This document shows positions 1 to 9,760 of a DNA stretch of 64,000 nucleotides, piece after piece. Source of the stretch: Candidatus Nomurabacteria bacterium (lineage in GTDB: Bacteria; Patescibacteriota; Minisyncoccia; Phycocordibacterales; UBA5272); contig JAQBRF010000002.1 of assembly GCA_028286645.1 (NCBI GenBank), forward strand, positions 122,518 through 186,517, read 5' to 3'. Within the stretch, counting starts at the first letter, position 1, and each line of letters begins with the position of its first letter. A program made the translations under genes and the position numbers. Under the pieces are notes generated by a model. That model made no database searches. It was given only the letters and a program-made list of their open reading frames with translations, and was not told where the DNA came from.

Positions 1-280
1 TAAATTCTGTAACAGTATTTTTTTCTAATAGTCCTAGTGTCGCAGTAGGAGCGTCCTTCAAAGCTGCATAATTCTTGTCGGCAAGAGCTAGGAATTTTGT
101 TATGAAGATTCTCGCATGTTCCCCGCTTAATCCTCCTACTGAGGTGTAACTATCAGAAAAACCTTTTATAGTGGCTAAATCATTTGAAGTTATGGCAGCA
201 TAGGTTTTCTCTGGCGCAGAAAATACTAAAACAGATATAAATACCATTGATATAAAAGCAAATAACCCCAGTCTTTTCAT
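1..280 (-). CDS. Secreted hypothetical protein; start codon at 280, gene runs off the window edge
   Basis: Reverse-strand ORF starts ATG at 278-280. Translation MKRLGLFAFISMVFISVLVFSAPEKTYAA... carries an N-terminal signal peptide. Continues past position 1. Confidence 0.4.
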   Translation of the reverse strand, partial: MKRLGLFAFISMVFISVLVFSAPEKTYAAITSNDLATIKGFSDSYTSVGGLSGEHARIFITKFLALADKNYAALKDAPTATLGLLEKNTVTEF

Positions 281-341
281 GAGCCTAGTGTATCATGGGG
301 AAATTTTTCTAAATTTAAATTATCAACCAGTCTTAGCCTGG

Positions 342-2225
342 TTAATCCCCGCTTCTTGAAGAAGTATTATTAGTATTGTTTCGGATCCCTTCTTGCCTAA
401 TTCTTTCTTCTTCTTGGGCTCTTATTTGATCGCAGCTACTTCTAAAGACCGGAATATTTCCGTTTGGACCTAAATCATCCGATACCGTGCTTTTATATAA
501 AATATAGTCACCCTGTCTTGCGGGTGCGGAAACAGCCGTCGGAAGGTTCTCACGGTCTACTCTATTTTGATAGACGCTAAATATGGTTGATATTTCTTGA
601 GAAGAATTTGAAGCTCTTACCTGGCTAAGAGTGTTATTGATAAGTTCCCTTGTTACGTTTATTTTAGACATCTCGGTAGAGATGGAGGTTCTTAAAGAGT
701 CGGTGGCGGATTTTTTAGAAGAATAATATGCATTAAATGAGGTTATGCTGGCATTTCCGCTTATATTTGGGTAATCTCGCACTAGTCCGTCATAACAAGA
801 CTTAAGTGTTTCTAATTGGGAGGCATATCCATTTATTTCTCCCAAATAGTTCTGTTCTGTGGTTTGAAGATCACTGAGAGCGTTTAAATGTGATGTAAGA
901 TTTCTCTCTATAGGAGAAAGAAGGTTTGCCTTTCCTTGAGGATTGTTTGCCAAATCACGAACTGGAGTTGAAGATGCTATTGTGGCAACTGTTCCATAAG
1001 AGTTTATAGATCCGTATACCCCAGTAGTTCCAGATCTAGTCGGGGTGCCGGTGTTGATAATGCTGCTGATGCTGTTTAATAAACTTACAGTAGTAAAAGC
1101 AGTGCTTACCAAGGATCCCGCCCCTGTTCCGAAAGATGCCTGAAGAGTTCTTAATGGAGATACTATAGATTCCTCATATAATGTTTTAAGAGATCCCGCC
1201 GACTTTGTGATGCTTTCTCGTAAACAGGGCAAAGGATTTGAAAACGTCGTGGAGTTTTCAGTCTCTGAGGGTAAATCCGTACTGTCATTTAATTGGATGT
1301 CTGATTCGGACGGTAAAGTGGTGTCCCCGCTTCCGTCATTGGACGCGAACTGGTCACAACTTGTTTCGCTCTTTATTCCTCCTCCAATTGCCAACTCCTC
1401 CTTCTTCGTTTGCACCACTTTTGTAATTTGCTCATTTACTGCTATTTGGGCTAGTTGAGCCCTTGTATAAATATTATCTCCAGAAACATTAGCCAAAAGT
1501 GCGTCCCAGCCACCAATATCCGGACGTTGTATATTAATGTTATTTAATCTTTGAGCAAGGGTAGAGTCCTTAGTGGGGTCTCCTTTACAAAGACTGTCGA
1601 AGATCTCACTTCTTCTTTTGTTGTATGCATCAATTTCTATGGCGCCATCATTAGCATTTGCCACATCTTGTTCGGCTAACCTTGTGAGAGCTTCTTCTGA
1701 GCAGGCGTTTTTTTGAACAGTCGAAGGAATAGACGATTGGCTTAAAGCGTTTATTTTAGAAGCGGTAGTATTATTTTTATATTTATTCACAACAGAATTT
1801 AAAATACTGTTTCCATAAATACTGTTTTGGGGTACTTGGCTTAGAATTCCTCGAACTGCATTATTTTGGACATTGGCTAAATATTGTTCCGGATTTGTTA
1901 TAAGCAAGGCCTTGTTTCCGAGACTCCCTAAAATTAAATTTTGTATTTGATTGCCCGACTGCATTATCATCATAAGGGTAAGAGCGTCTCGAAGAGGAAT
2001 AAGGACATTACTGTTTACTGTGGCAAGAGTTTGTTGGGTGGCCGTAATGATGTTGGCGTTTGAGCTTACCAGGTCTGCCGCGTAGTCTTTTGTCATGAGG
2101 GCGTACTTTATCAAGTCTTGCATCCACGTGGCGCAATTTGTACAAGTAAGTTGAGCATATGACATTTGAAATCCCCCAAGGAAAATGATGAAGGCTAGAC
2201 CGAAAGATGAAATTCTTTTTCTCAT
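342..2225 (-). CDS. Large secreted Ser/Thr/Asn-rich hypothetical protein (627 aa)
   Basis: ORF track. N-terminal signal peptide MRKRISSFGLAFIIFLGGFQMSYAQ. Long low-complexity S/T/N-rich regions. No recognisable catalytic motif. Confidence 0.6.
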   Translation of the reverse strand: MRKRISSFGLAFIIFLGGFQMSYAQLTCTNCATWMQDLIKYALMTKDYAADLVSSNANIITATQQTLATVNSNVLIPLRDALTLMMIMQSGNQIQNLILGSLGNKALLITNPEQYLANVQNNAVRGILSQVPQNSIYGNSILNSVVNKYKNNTTASKINALSQSSIPSTVQKNACSEEALTRLAEQDVANANDGAIEIDAYNKRRSEIFDSLCKGDPTKDSTLAQRLNNINIQRPDIGGWDALLANVSGDNIYTRAQLAQIAVNEQITKVVQTKKEELAIGGGIKSETSCDQFASNDGSGDTTLPSESDIQLNDSTDLPSETENSTTFSNPLPCLRESITKSAGSLKTLYEESIVSPLRTLQASFGTGAGSLVSTAFTTVSLLNSISSIINTGTPTRSGTTGVYGSINSYGTVATIASSTPVRDLANNPQGKANLLSPIERNLTSHLNALSDLQTTEQNYLGEINGYASQLETLKSCYDGLVRDYPNISGNASITSFNAYYSSKKSATDSLRTSISTEMSKINVTRELINNTLSQVRASNSSQEISTIFSVYQNRVDRENLPTAVSAPARQGDYILYKSTVSDDLGPNGNIPVFRSSCDQIRAQEEERIRQEGIRNNTNNTSSRSGD

Positions 2226-2229
2226 ATGA

Positions 2230-3156
2230 TTATTTTATAGTATATCCTACGGTGAACTCGTAACCAGCATCTTTAGAAGAAAAGACCACATTTTTAGCAT
2301 TAAAGTATTGTGTAAAGACTTCATGCAATCTTATGTCCATTGTGACAATATTTTGATAATCCCCCATTGCGATGGTGGCTCGAATAGAATCTGATTTTGC
2401 TTTAGATAGATTATCCAGATTATCCCTGTAAGCGGCTACCCGGTTAATCGCAAGGAGATGATATGTTAAAGCAGAAGGAGGAACAGGCATATCAAGGAGT
2501 TTTTTAAGTAAATCATCTACCCTGTTTTTATTATTTACAATAGAAGAAAGATCTGTTTCATTTTTGGTCTGAGTGAAAGAATTTATAGCCGTTAAGTCAT
2601 CGGTAAGTACTTTTTTAGTGATCAGCTGCTGTAATATTGGAGCGATTTTATTCCCGTAAGCCTTTAATGTGGCGCTATCATCCGCCACTCCCACATGCAG
2701 ACTGTCTGTTGTATAAATAGTCGGTACTATTTTAGCCGCTTCTTGTGCCACAAGCTGGTCTAATACCTGTTGTTGGGAGCCCTGATCAGTAATCTGATTT
2801 TGTTTTAGATAATTAGCGGAAACATATAGGTTTTTGGTAAATGAAGCCGTCAAATTATTTGAATCATTTAATTCTGCAATAGCCTTAGGGTCCACTGGGG
2901 TATTTTGTACGTCAGTATTTCCTGATTTAAATGTTTCGTTTACTATTTCATTCCAGCTTAAAGCTCCATCATTGTTTATATCTGTCGCAATCTGATAAGG
3001 AGAAGAAACATCATTTAAGTCAAGCGTAGGATTACTATATCTCACAGGATGGATGCCAAACCACCTAGAGGGTATTAAGGAAACAAGCAAAATAAATACA
3101 ATTAAAAATCCTACCCCAAGAAGGGGGCGCAAATTATTTCTATCTGTCGGGTTCAT
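2230..3156 (-). CDS. Membrane-anchored hypothetical protein (308 aa)
   Basis: ORF track. A single N-terminal TM helix (LLGVGFLIVFILLVSLI) followed by a polar extracytoplasmic domain. 4 bp downstream of the 627-aa secreted protein gene, same strand. Confidence 0.55.
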   Translation of the reverse strand: MNPTDRNNLRPLLGVGFLIVFILLVSLIPSRWFGIHPVRYSNPTLDLNDVSSPYQIATDINNDGALSWNEIVNETFKSGNTDVQNTPVDPKAIAELNDSNNLTASFTKNLYVSANYLKQNQITDQGSQQQVLDQLVAQEAAKIVPTIYTTDSLHVGVADDSATLKAYGNKIAPILQQLITKKVLTDDLTAINSFTQTKNETDLSSIVNNKNRVDDLLKKLLDMPVPPSALTYHLLAINRVAAYRDNLDNLSKAKSDSIRATIAMGDYQNIVTMDIRLHEVFTQYFNAKNVVFSSKDAGYEFTVGYTIK

Positions 3157-3193
3157 GAGTACATTATACAGCTAAATCAGGGGGGATTTTTAT

Positions 3194-4006
3194 TTAATCA
3201 ACAACCTGGGCTTGTTTTTCTAGTAACTTCTTAGAAATATCCAGCCAATTTCCTAATTTTAAGTCCTCCGCCCTTACTTTCTCAGGCAGATTTAATTCTT
3301 TAAATAAAATTGGAAAGTCAAAATCTTTAAAAGATTCACGCAAATTTGATACCAAAATCTTTCTTTTATGAGAAAAGCCAGCTTTTACAACTTCAAAAAA
3401 AAGATTTTCATGTTTTTTGCTAATAAAGCTTTTTCTTTGAATGCTGTCTAACTTAAGAACAGCACTATCTACGTTAGGAATCGGATTAAAGCTGCCTCGC
3501 TTTACTCTGTACGGTATTGAAGGATCCCCATAAGCTTTTACAGAAAGCGACAAGATGCTTTCTTTCCCGTCTCTTGCTACCGCTCGTTCTGCTACTTCTT
3601 TCTGCAATAAAAGCACCATGACAGATGGTTGGAAAGAGCCTGAAAGAAACTTTCGAATGATTGCACCGGTTATGTTGTAAGGAATATTGGCGATGAGTTT
3701 GTAAGTAGAAGGAAGTACTTTATGGTCAGCCGGATCAAATTCTAGGATGTCTTCGTTAACTAACACTAATTGCTCCTTTTCAATTTCTGATTTAAATTTC
3801 TGATTTAAAACTTCAACAAGGTCCTGGTCTTTTTCAATTGCGACTACTTTTGCTCCGGTTTTAAGTATTTCCTCAGTCAAAAAGCCTTTTCCGGGCCCGA
3901 TTTCTAAAATCGTATCAGATTTCTCCACGCCCCCTGCTTTCACAATTTCTATGCGCGCAGGAACAGACGTAAGGAAATTTTGCCCAAGAGACTTTTTCGG
4001 TTTCAT
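3194..4006 (-). CDS. ksgA: 16S rRNA (adenine1518/1519-N6)-dimethyltransferase KsgA/RsmA
   Basis: Hallmark N-terminal LGQNFL motif and SAM-binding EIGPGKGFLT. Length of 270 aa is typical for the family. Confidence 0.9.
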   Translation of the reverse strand: MKPKKSLGQNFLTSVPARIEIVKAGGVEKSDTILEIGPGKGFLTEEILKTGAKVVAIEKDQDLVEVLNQKFKSEIEKEQLVLVNEDILEFDPADHKVLPSTYKLIANIPYNITGAIIRKFLSGSFQPSVMVLLLQKEVAERAVARDGKESILSLSVKAYGDPSIPYRVKRGSFNPIPNVDSAVLKLDSIQRKSFISKKHENLFFEVVKAGFSHKRKILVSNLRESFKDFDFPILFKELNLPEKVRAEDLKLGNWLDISKKLLEKQAQVVD

Positions 4007-4015
4007 TTTCCCACT

Positions 4016-4103
4016 CTAACACACATTAGATATTAGAAGTTAGATATTAGATTTTAAATAGATATGGCTCTTTCTATTTAGAAATTAGAAAGTTAGAAAT
4101 TCC
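4016..4103. promoter_or_regulatory. Tandem TTAGATATTAGA / TTAGAAATT direct repeats in the ksgA upstream region
   Basis: Reads cattagatattagaagttagatattagatttt ... ttagaaattagaaagttagaaattcc. Related copies at 29103-29133 and 32190-32215. Confidence 0.4.
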
Positions 4104-4115
4104 TTCTATATTTAT

Positions 4116-6059
4116 TTAAATATAGAAGGTGACCCCTCCCCCTTGTTTATAATACAAATCATTCATTTGTTTTATATGTTCAGGCACATCGTCTAAGAAA
4201 ATACTTGGAACATTAATTTGCTTTTGACCAAATATCGTTCGCAGCTCCGCATAAGTTAAATATAAATGTTTTCGGGCGCGCGTAACTGCCACATAAAATA
4301 ATCTCCTTTCTTCCTCTTCCTCCTCTTTTGTTTGCTTGTTATTTCCAATTCTTTTATGAGGAAATAAATCTTGTTCAAGCCCTACGACAAATACATGATC
4401 AAATTCTAGACCCTTGCTTGCGTGCACTGTCATTAGCCTTACCCCCTTCTTTTCTTCCGTGTCATTATCCTGGTCAGACTGAAGTGACGTTTCTTCTAAA
4501 AAGTCTTGTACAGCATCTACTCCTAATCTGTCGTCGTATCTAATCGTTAAAGAAACAAGTTCGCGAGCGTTTTCTAAGCGATCCCTGTCATCTGATGATC
4601 CTTCTAGCATTTCTTTTTCCATGCCAGAGTCTACGATAATCATTTGTATTACATGAGAGAGCGGTTCAGTATTTAAAGTCTCCGCTACTTTGTCTAAGAA
4701 GTTATAAACTTGCAGCACTTTTATTTCTGCTGCTTTTGGAAGTTCTAGTCCCCCAAATATTTTCGTAATCGTTGTTTTACCGATTCCTTTTTTCGGAGTT
4801 TCAAACACTCTTTTTAAATCTGGCTGGCACGATCTATTGATGGCGGATCTTAAGTAACTCATCACATCTTTTATTTCTTTTCTCTCAAAGAACTTTGTTC
4901 CTAATAAGTTATATGTAACATTAGCCCGGAGAAATGACTCTTCCAGAACTCGTGACTGGAAGTTCGCCCGATAAAGTACCGCTATTTCCTCGGGGTCTAC
5001 TCCTTCTTTAATGAGCGCTTTGCATTTTTCTGCCACCCATTCGGCTTCAGAAAGCTCGTCCCACGTCGGAGTGATCTCGATTTTATCCCCGTCGCCTTTT
5101 GAAGTAAAAAGATTCTTATCTTTTCTTACTGTATTTTTTTTAATAGTCTCGTTTGCGAGAAGCAATATATTACCCGAGGATCTATAGTTTTCTTCAAGTA
5201 AAACAGTCCGAGACCCTGGAAAGTCTTTTTCGAAGTTTAATATGTTCCGTAGATTCGCCCCACGCCACGAATAAATGTTTTGGTCCGCATCTCCCACTAC
5301 GCAAATATTTCTTTGTTCGTTTACCAGAAGTTTTACGAAGGCATATTGAGAGCCGTTAGTGTCTTGGTACTCATCCACATGGACATATTTAAATCTATTT
5401 TTATAGTAATTTCTCACCTCTTCATTTCCTTCAAGGAGCCGCACAGCGAGAACGATAAGGTCATCAAAATCTACCGCTTTTTGCTTGCGCAATTCCTCGT
5501 CATAAATCCTCCACACGGACGCAATGATGTCCATCTGAGCTGTTGCCACTTTTTGCTTGTAGTCGTTTAAGCTGGTAAAGTCCCCCTTTTCTCGGCTAAT
5601 AATGCTTCGGATTTTGGAGGGATCATTGATCTTCGGGTCTAGTCCTAATATTTCTAAAGCTCTTTTTATGATTGATAAGGAATCTGATGAATCTAAAATC
5701 GTAGGATGCTTGTGAAGATTAATTCTGTGAGACTGCTCAGATAAAATCATTAATCCTAATGAATGGAAGGTCTTGATAATAGGAGTATGATGAAATGGAT
5801 TTTCTTTTTCAATTATACGCTCCTCCTCCAAGCGGGTGATGATACGCTCTCTCATTTCTTTGGCGGCTTTATTTGTGAAAGTTACCGCAAGGATTGATCT
5901 TGGATCAGTCCCTTTTTTTACGATTTCAACGATTCTTTCAGTGATGGTTTTGGTTTTTCCAGCTCCAGCCCCAGCTAAAATTAGAAGCGGCCCCTCAGTA
6001 AGAAGAACGGCTTCTTTTTGTCTTTCATTTAAATTTACTTTTGTGCTTTTTTCTATCAC
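4116..6059 (-). CDS. uvrD: ATP-dependent DNA helicase, UvrD/PcrA family (SF1)
   Basis: Walker A GAGAGKT. Helicase motifs DEYQDTN, VGDADQNIYSWRGA and ENYRSS. Conserved TVHASKGLEFDHVFVVG near the C-terminus. Confidence 0.9.
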   Translation of the reverse strand: MIEKSTKVNLNERQKEAVLLTEGPLLILAGAGAGKTKTITERIVEIVKKGTDPRSILAVTFTNKAAKEMRERIITRLEEERIIEKENPFHHTPIIKTFHSLGLMILSEQSHRINLHKHPTILDSSDSLSIIKRALEILGLDPKINDPSKIRSIISREKGDFTSLNDYKQKVATAQMDIIASVWRIYDEELRKQKAVDFDDLIVLAVRLLEGNEEVRNYYKNRFKYVHVDEYQDTNGSQYAFVKLLVNEQRNICVVGDADQNIYSWRGANLRNILNFEKDFPGSRTVLLEENYRSSGNILLLANETIKKNTVRKDKNLFTSKGDGDKIEITPTWDELSEAEWVAEKCKALIKEGVDPEEIAVLYRANFQSRVLEESFLRANVTYNLLGTKFFERKEIKDVMSYLRSAINRSCQPDLKRVFETPKKGIGKTTITKIFGGLELPKAAEIKVLQVYNFLDKVAETLNTEPLSHVIQMIIVDSGMEKEMLEGSSDDRDRLENARELVSLTIRYDDRLGVDAVQDFLEETSLQSDQDNDTEEKKGVRLMTVHASKGLEFDHVFVVGLEQDLFPHKRIGNNKQTKEEEEEERRLFYVAVTRARKHLYLTYAELRTIFGQKQINVPSIFLDDVPEHIKQMNDLYYKQGGGVTFYI

Positions 6060-6083
6060 AGATACATTATTGTATCATGGGGG

Positions 6084-6374
6084 CTATTCGCCTTTTTTAA
6101 AGGCCTCCGCGACTTTTTTCCTAGATTCATTAAATACTTCTTCGCAATTAGGAAGCAGATGTTTTAAAGTTGTATTGTAGAAATCTTCCCCCATGTTTGC
6201 AGACGCTTGCAAGGCTTCAAACTTTTGCTCTCCTAAAATATCAAACACATCAAAGAGAAATTGTCTTTCAATTGTTTTTGCAACTTCCACCAGCATTTCC
6301 TCCCTATCTGTTTCTGGCAAGTCTTGTAAATTGAAATCCTTTATTAATTCATCACGTAATTTATTAACATCCAT
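6084..6374 (-). CDS. Small acidic helical hypothetical protein (96 aa)
   Basis: ORF track. 8 bp downstream of the 1013-aa protein gene on the same strand. Acidic, no TM, no recognisable motif. Confidence 0.45.
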   Translation of the reverse strand: MDVNKLRDELIKDFNLQDLPETDREEMLVEVAKTIERQFLFDVFDILGEQKFEALQASANMGEDFYNTTLKHLLPNCEEVFNESRKKVAEAFKKGE

Positions 6375-6382
6375 AAATTTAA

Positions 6383-9300
6383 TTATACCGCTTTTTGCGC
6401 ATTAGCTAGCGAGCTTTTTACCATAACTAAATAATCGCGAAGAGTTATGTCAGGTGGAACCGGCATATAAATTTTTGATCCTGGATTTGTGGGCAAGAAA
6501 ACCTCTCCAGTGTTTTGTGCAGCCTTTGTTGCCCATATTATTCTATTGCTTGCGCTGATTAAATCGCACGCCTGCTTTCTTTGGTCTATATTCACTCCGT
6601 CTATCTTTTCGGCAGGACCAAGGAGTGTGCTTGCTTTCATGTTTAATATATCCGGAAGCGCTGAAGTGTTTTCAGTAAAAGTGGTAAGGAAATTTTTAGC
6701 AATAGTATCTACAGTTTCATTCGGACTTTCAAATGATTTTAATATTTTCCTATTCTCGTCTGGGACGAGCATAGAATAGGTTTTCTTTGGCGCCTCTAGA
6801 GAATGTGTGGAATAATCTGGCGTAGTATTTTCTGCATCTTGTGTCATATATACCCCTCCTGCTAAAGCTGCCCCCGTTAAGACTGCAGCAGGAATTGATA
6901 CATTCCATCGAGGTACGATTGATCCCACCCTAGTCTTAAATGAGCTAAGGGTGCTAAGTAATTTATTTACTGCTTGCTTTTTCTTCTCCCACCATTCGCG
7001 TCTTTCCTCTTCGGCCAACTGATCTAATCGTAAGGCTTCCTCATTTTCTTTAATGGAAGAGTTCATTCTGGTTTCTAAACCGCTTCCCATTGGCTTATAT
7101 AATCCTGGCTGGGCAGTATCTCCCGTTGGGACTTTTCCAGTTTTATCTATTTCTAACTCCCACGCTTTCTTATTTTTTTGAGATGCATCTGCCCAGCTTT
7201 TAACATCTTTGTGCTTTCCCATTTCAGATTTTATTGCTGCTGCTCTCGCCTCTTTGTCGCGTTCATCGTACTTCTCTATTTCATGATTATAATTAAAGCT
7301 GGTGTCATCAAGGTACTTTCGACTTCCTTTCAGGGCTTGTGCTTCCTCCTTTCTAAGCCCTTTATCAGTCTTCAGAGAAGAAACCGAATCTCGTTCCCCT
7401 TCTGCCTGCTTTAAGCCAAGCTCCTTTTGAAGCTCTGGACTTATCTTTTCACGGATCATGTCCGCATTATTTATCATAGTGAACTGCACGGCTCGTTTGA
7501 GTTCTTCCTCTCCTGGTCGGAATGTTTTATTCGCATATATCTCTACATACTTTTGAGGATTTCTTAAAACCATCTCCTGATGTTTCGCCAGAATCTTTTC
7601 AAAATCCTCCTCTCCTTCTTTAAATAATGCCTCCTCATTTTCTTTCGCCATCCTTTCATCTCTGTCAGCTTTTTCTTCTAATGTAATAACCGTTCCGTCA
7701 GAAAGGCCGATAGATCCGACAGGGATAGCTACTGTGGTTCTTGGAATCTTCAGTCTGGGTGCCCCCCAGCGAGAACGTCTGTCTTCATCTAACTTTTTCC
7801 ACATGTCGGTCACAGATGATTTTAATTTCTCCGGAGGCGCCTGATTATATGTTGCCCCCACTAAACTTGATGGGTCCACTTGCGCGGTAGGCGCCTCTTT
7901 ATTTGAAGCAACTTGTCCTGCGTAAAGCTTCATAAAGTCTTCGCCACAGTTAGCTGCGCCCGCAAAATCAAACTGATTAAGAAGGTTTAAGATTTCATTT
8001 TTTTTCTCAATAGACTCTCTCGATTCTGCTCCCCTGGCCTTGATCGTCTTAAATTCTATTATTGCATTCCGAGCGATTTTGTATAATTTTAATTCTTCTG
8101 GAGTTAAATCTATCCACGCTCCTGTCTCGGCATCTATTTTATGTACGCCTGTTATATCTTCAACCACACAAACGCCATCCACGGTATCATCTTTTGGAGA
8201 TGGCGCCCCACGACGGAGTACTTCTAGGTTTAGCTCCGCAAGCGCCTTTTTTTCTTTATTGCGATTTTCTATCATTTCATGCAACTTCTTTGCAACGTCT
8301 TTTCCTTTCTTAAACTCTCCTGCCTCAAGCGCTTTTACTAAACTATTTTTTACCTCGTGATACATATGATAAGCCAGGTGAATTATTTGCTGCTTCTCGG
8401 GTGTATCTGCCGCAGTCAAAACATCATATTCCTTTATTATGGAAAGTATATTTGCATACTCGGCGTCTGTAAGTTCTTCGTCTGGAGTGAGCTCTTTTGA
8501 TCCTCTTTTCCCGCCACCAAAATACCATTTTCCATCTCTTTTAAAAATTCTCAATTTTGTTTTCTTAGATTTTTCTACGCTGGATTCTGGCGTCTTATCT
8601 TTTTGCTCTTTATCAGTAGCCTCTTCTTCAGTATCTTCATCCTCTTCACGGCTTCTGTAATATTCAATAAACTTAATTAGTTCTTTACGAAAGACTGCTG
8701 CATTTTCAATTTCTCCATGCTTAATAGCAAGTACAAGATTTTTCTTGGCCTTGATTAAGTCCCCATAAAGATAGCTGTCCCATGCCTCTGCTCCCGTTAT
8801 GTAGTTCTCACTTATAAAGTCTTTATATTTTTTTAAAGCCTCTCTAGATTCCGGAATCTCTTCCCGGCACATTTCCTGATTATTGAATTTAATCCACCCC
8901 TCCCTCCTCTTTCCTTTTCTACCTCTACTCTTTTTGTATGAGTAAACCTCCCTGCCTTTCCGCCCTTCGGACTTTATATGTAATGTAATACTTAAAAGCT
9001 GTTTCCTTTCTTGGCTTGATAAGGGTCTAAACCTTTCCTCACGTTCTCTTTCTTGATCAGGGAAAACATGCCCGGCTGGGGTGGAAGAGGGTTTGTTACG
9101 AAGGCTCTCGAGTTCTTCCATCGCTTTCTTTGCAAGGAGTTTAGCCTCCTCCACTTCTCTTATCAGCTTAATATTTTCTTCTGTAGTTAATTTCATCCCC
9201 CTTTCTATTTGATCCAAAAGGTCAACAGTTAATCCCTTTTCTTCTGCCTTTGTACCCAAGGCCAGTCTTCGGGCAATCAAAGTTTGAATTTCTTTTTGTT

Positions 9301-9424
9301 TCTCAAGATCTTTGGGTTTTATGTCATCCCCTCCCACGCGAAGTTTGTTAGGAGAAAATGAGCCAGGAGTTTTAGATGGAGGGCCAGAAGAATCTGGGCC
9401 TCCTGAAGTAGGTTCATCAGCCAT
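6383..9424 (-). CDS. Large highly charged hypothetical protein (1013 aa) with one C-proximal TM helix
   Basis: ORF track. About 800 aa of K/E/D-rich, probably coiled-coil cytoplasmic region. One TM (IPAAVLTGAALAGGVYM) followed by a C-terminal domain of about 190 aa. No signal peptide and no known catalytic motif. Confidence 0.7.
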   Translation of the reverse strand: MADEPTSGGPDSSGPPSKTPGSFSPNKLRVGGDDIKPKDLEKQKEIQTLIARRLALGTKAEEKGLTVDLLDQIERGMKLTTEENIKLIREVEEAKLLAKKAMEELESLRNKPSSTPAGHVFPDQEREREERFRPLSSQERKQLLSITLHIKSEGRKGREVYSYKKSRGRKGKRREGWIKFNNQEMCREEIPESREALKKYKDFISENYITGAEAWDSYLYGDLIKAKKNLVLAIKHGEIENAAVFRKELIKFIEYYRSREEDEDTEEEATDKEQKDKTPESSVEKSKKTKLRIFKRDGKWYFGGGKRGSKELTPDEELTDAEYANILSIIKEYDVLTAADTPEKQQIIHLAYHMYHEVKNSLVKALEAGEFKKGKDVAKKLHEMIENRNKEKKALAELNLEVLRRGAPSPKDDTVDGVCVVEDITGVHKIDAETGAWIDLTPEELKLYKIARNAIIEFKTIKARGAESRESIEKKNEILNLLNQFDFAGAANCGEDFMKLYAGQVASNKEAPTAQVDPSSLVGATYNQAPPEKLKSSVTDMWKKLDEDRRSRWGAPRLKIPRTTVAIPVGSIGLSDGTVITLEEKADRDERMAKENEEALFKEGEEDFEKILAKHQEMVLRNPQKYVEIYANKTFRPGEEELKRAVQFTMINNADMIREKISPELQKELGLKQAEGERDSVSSLKTDKGLRKEEAQALKGSRKYLDDTSFNYNHEIEKYDERDKEARAAAIKSEMGKHKDVKSWADASQKNKKAWELEIDKTGKVPTGDTAQPGLYKPMGSGLETRMNSSIKENEEALRLDQLAEEERREWWEKKKQAVNKLLSTLSSFKTRVGSIVPRWNVSIPAAVLTGAALAGGVYMTQDAENTTPDYSTHSLEAPKKTYSMLVPDENRKILKSFESPNETVDTIAKNFLTTFTENTSALPDILNMKASTLLGPAEKIDGVNIDQRKQACDLISASNRIIWATKAAQNTGEVFLPTNPGSKIYMPVPPDITLRDYLVMVKSSLANAQKAV

Positions 9425-9760
9425 ATATGTGACAAGTATACTTTATTTACAACGTTTTTGGCCGTTTTCTCCACATATTTTCTTATTGTTGTCCAGTTGC
9501 CAGCGTCCCACTCATTTGCTACCATATATAAGTACAAACACCCTGATTATTTTAATAATAATTATTTCGAAATAACTGATTTATATTAGTTAACTCCAGA
9601 CACTTCCTAGCTTGTACAACCTAAGAAAAAACATATCGCAGTAGATATTCCCAAACGTTTATTTAAAACGTCATATATCGTAATCGCTCTAGTTCTGTTT
9701 TTCGCGATTTTACAGCCCCGTATAACGTACGCAGGTTTTTTCTCTGATTTTACTAGTAAG

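Noticed and set aside
1207-1458. Plus-strand ORFs of 83 and 62 aa inside the 627-aa secreted protein gene
   Set aside because: They lie fully antisense within a long, well-supported ORF. Typical antisense noise.
4016-4103. Short tandem repeats considered as a CRISPR array
   Set aside because: Repeat units are about 12 bp with 1-2 bp spacers, far too short. No cas genes in the window.
4328-6180. Several 68-114 aa plus-strand ORFs overlapping uvrD
   Set aside because: Antisense to a helicase gene with complete conserved motifs. No ribosome-binding sites.
6489-9575. Multiple small plus-strand ORFs antisense to the 1013-aa gene
   Set aside because: Low-complexity antisense frames. The long minus-strand ORF is far more probable.
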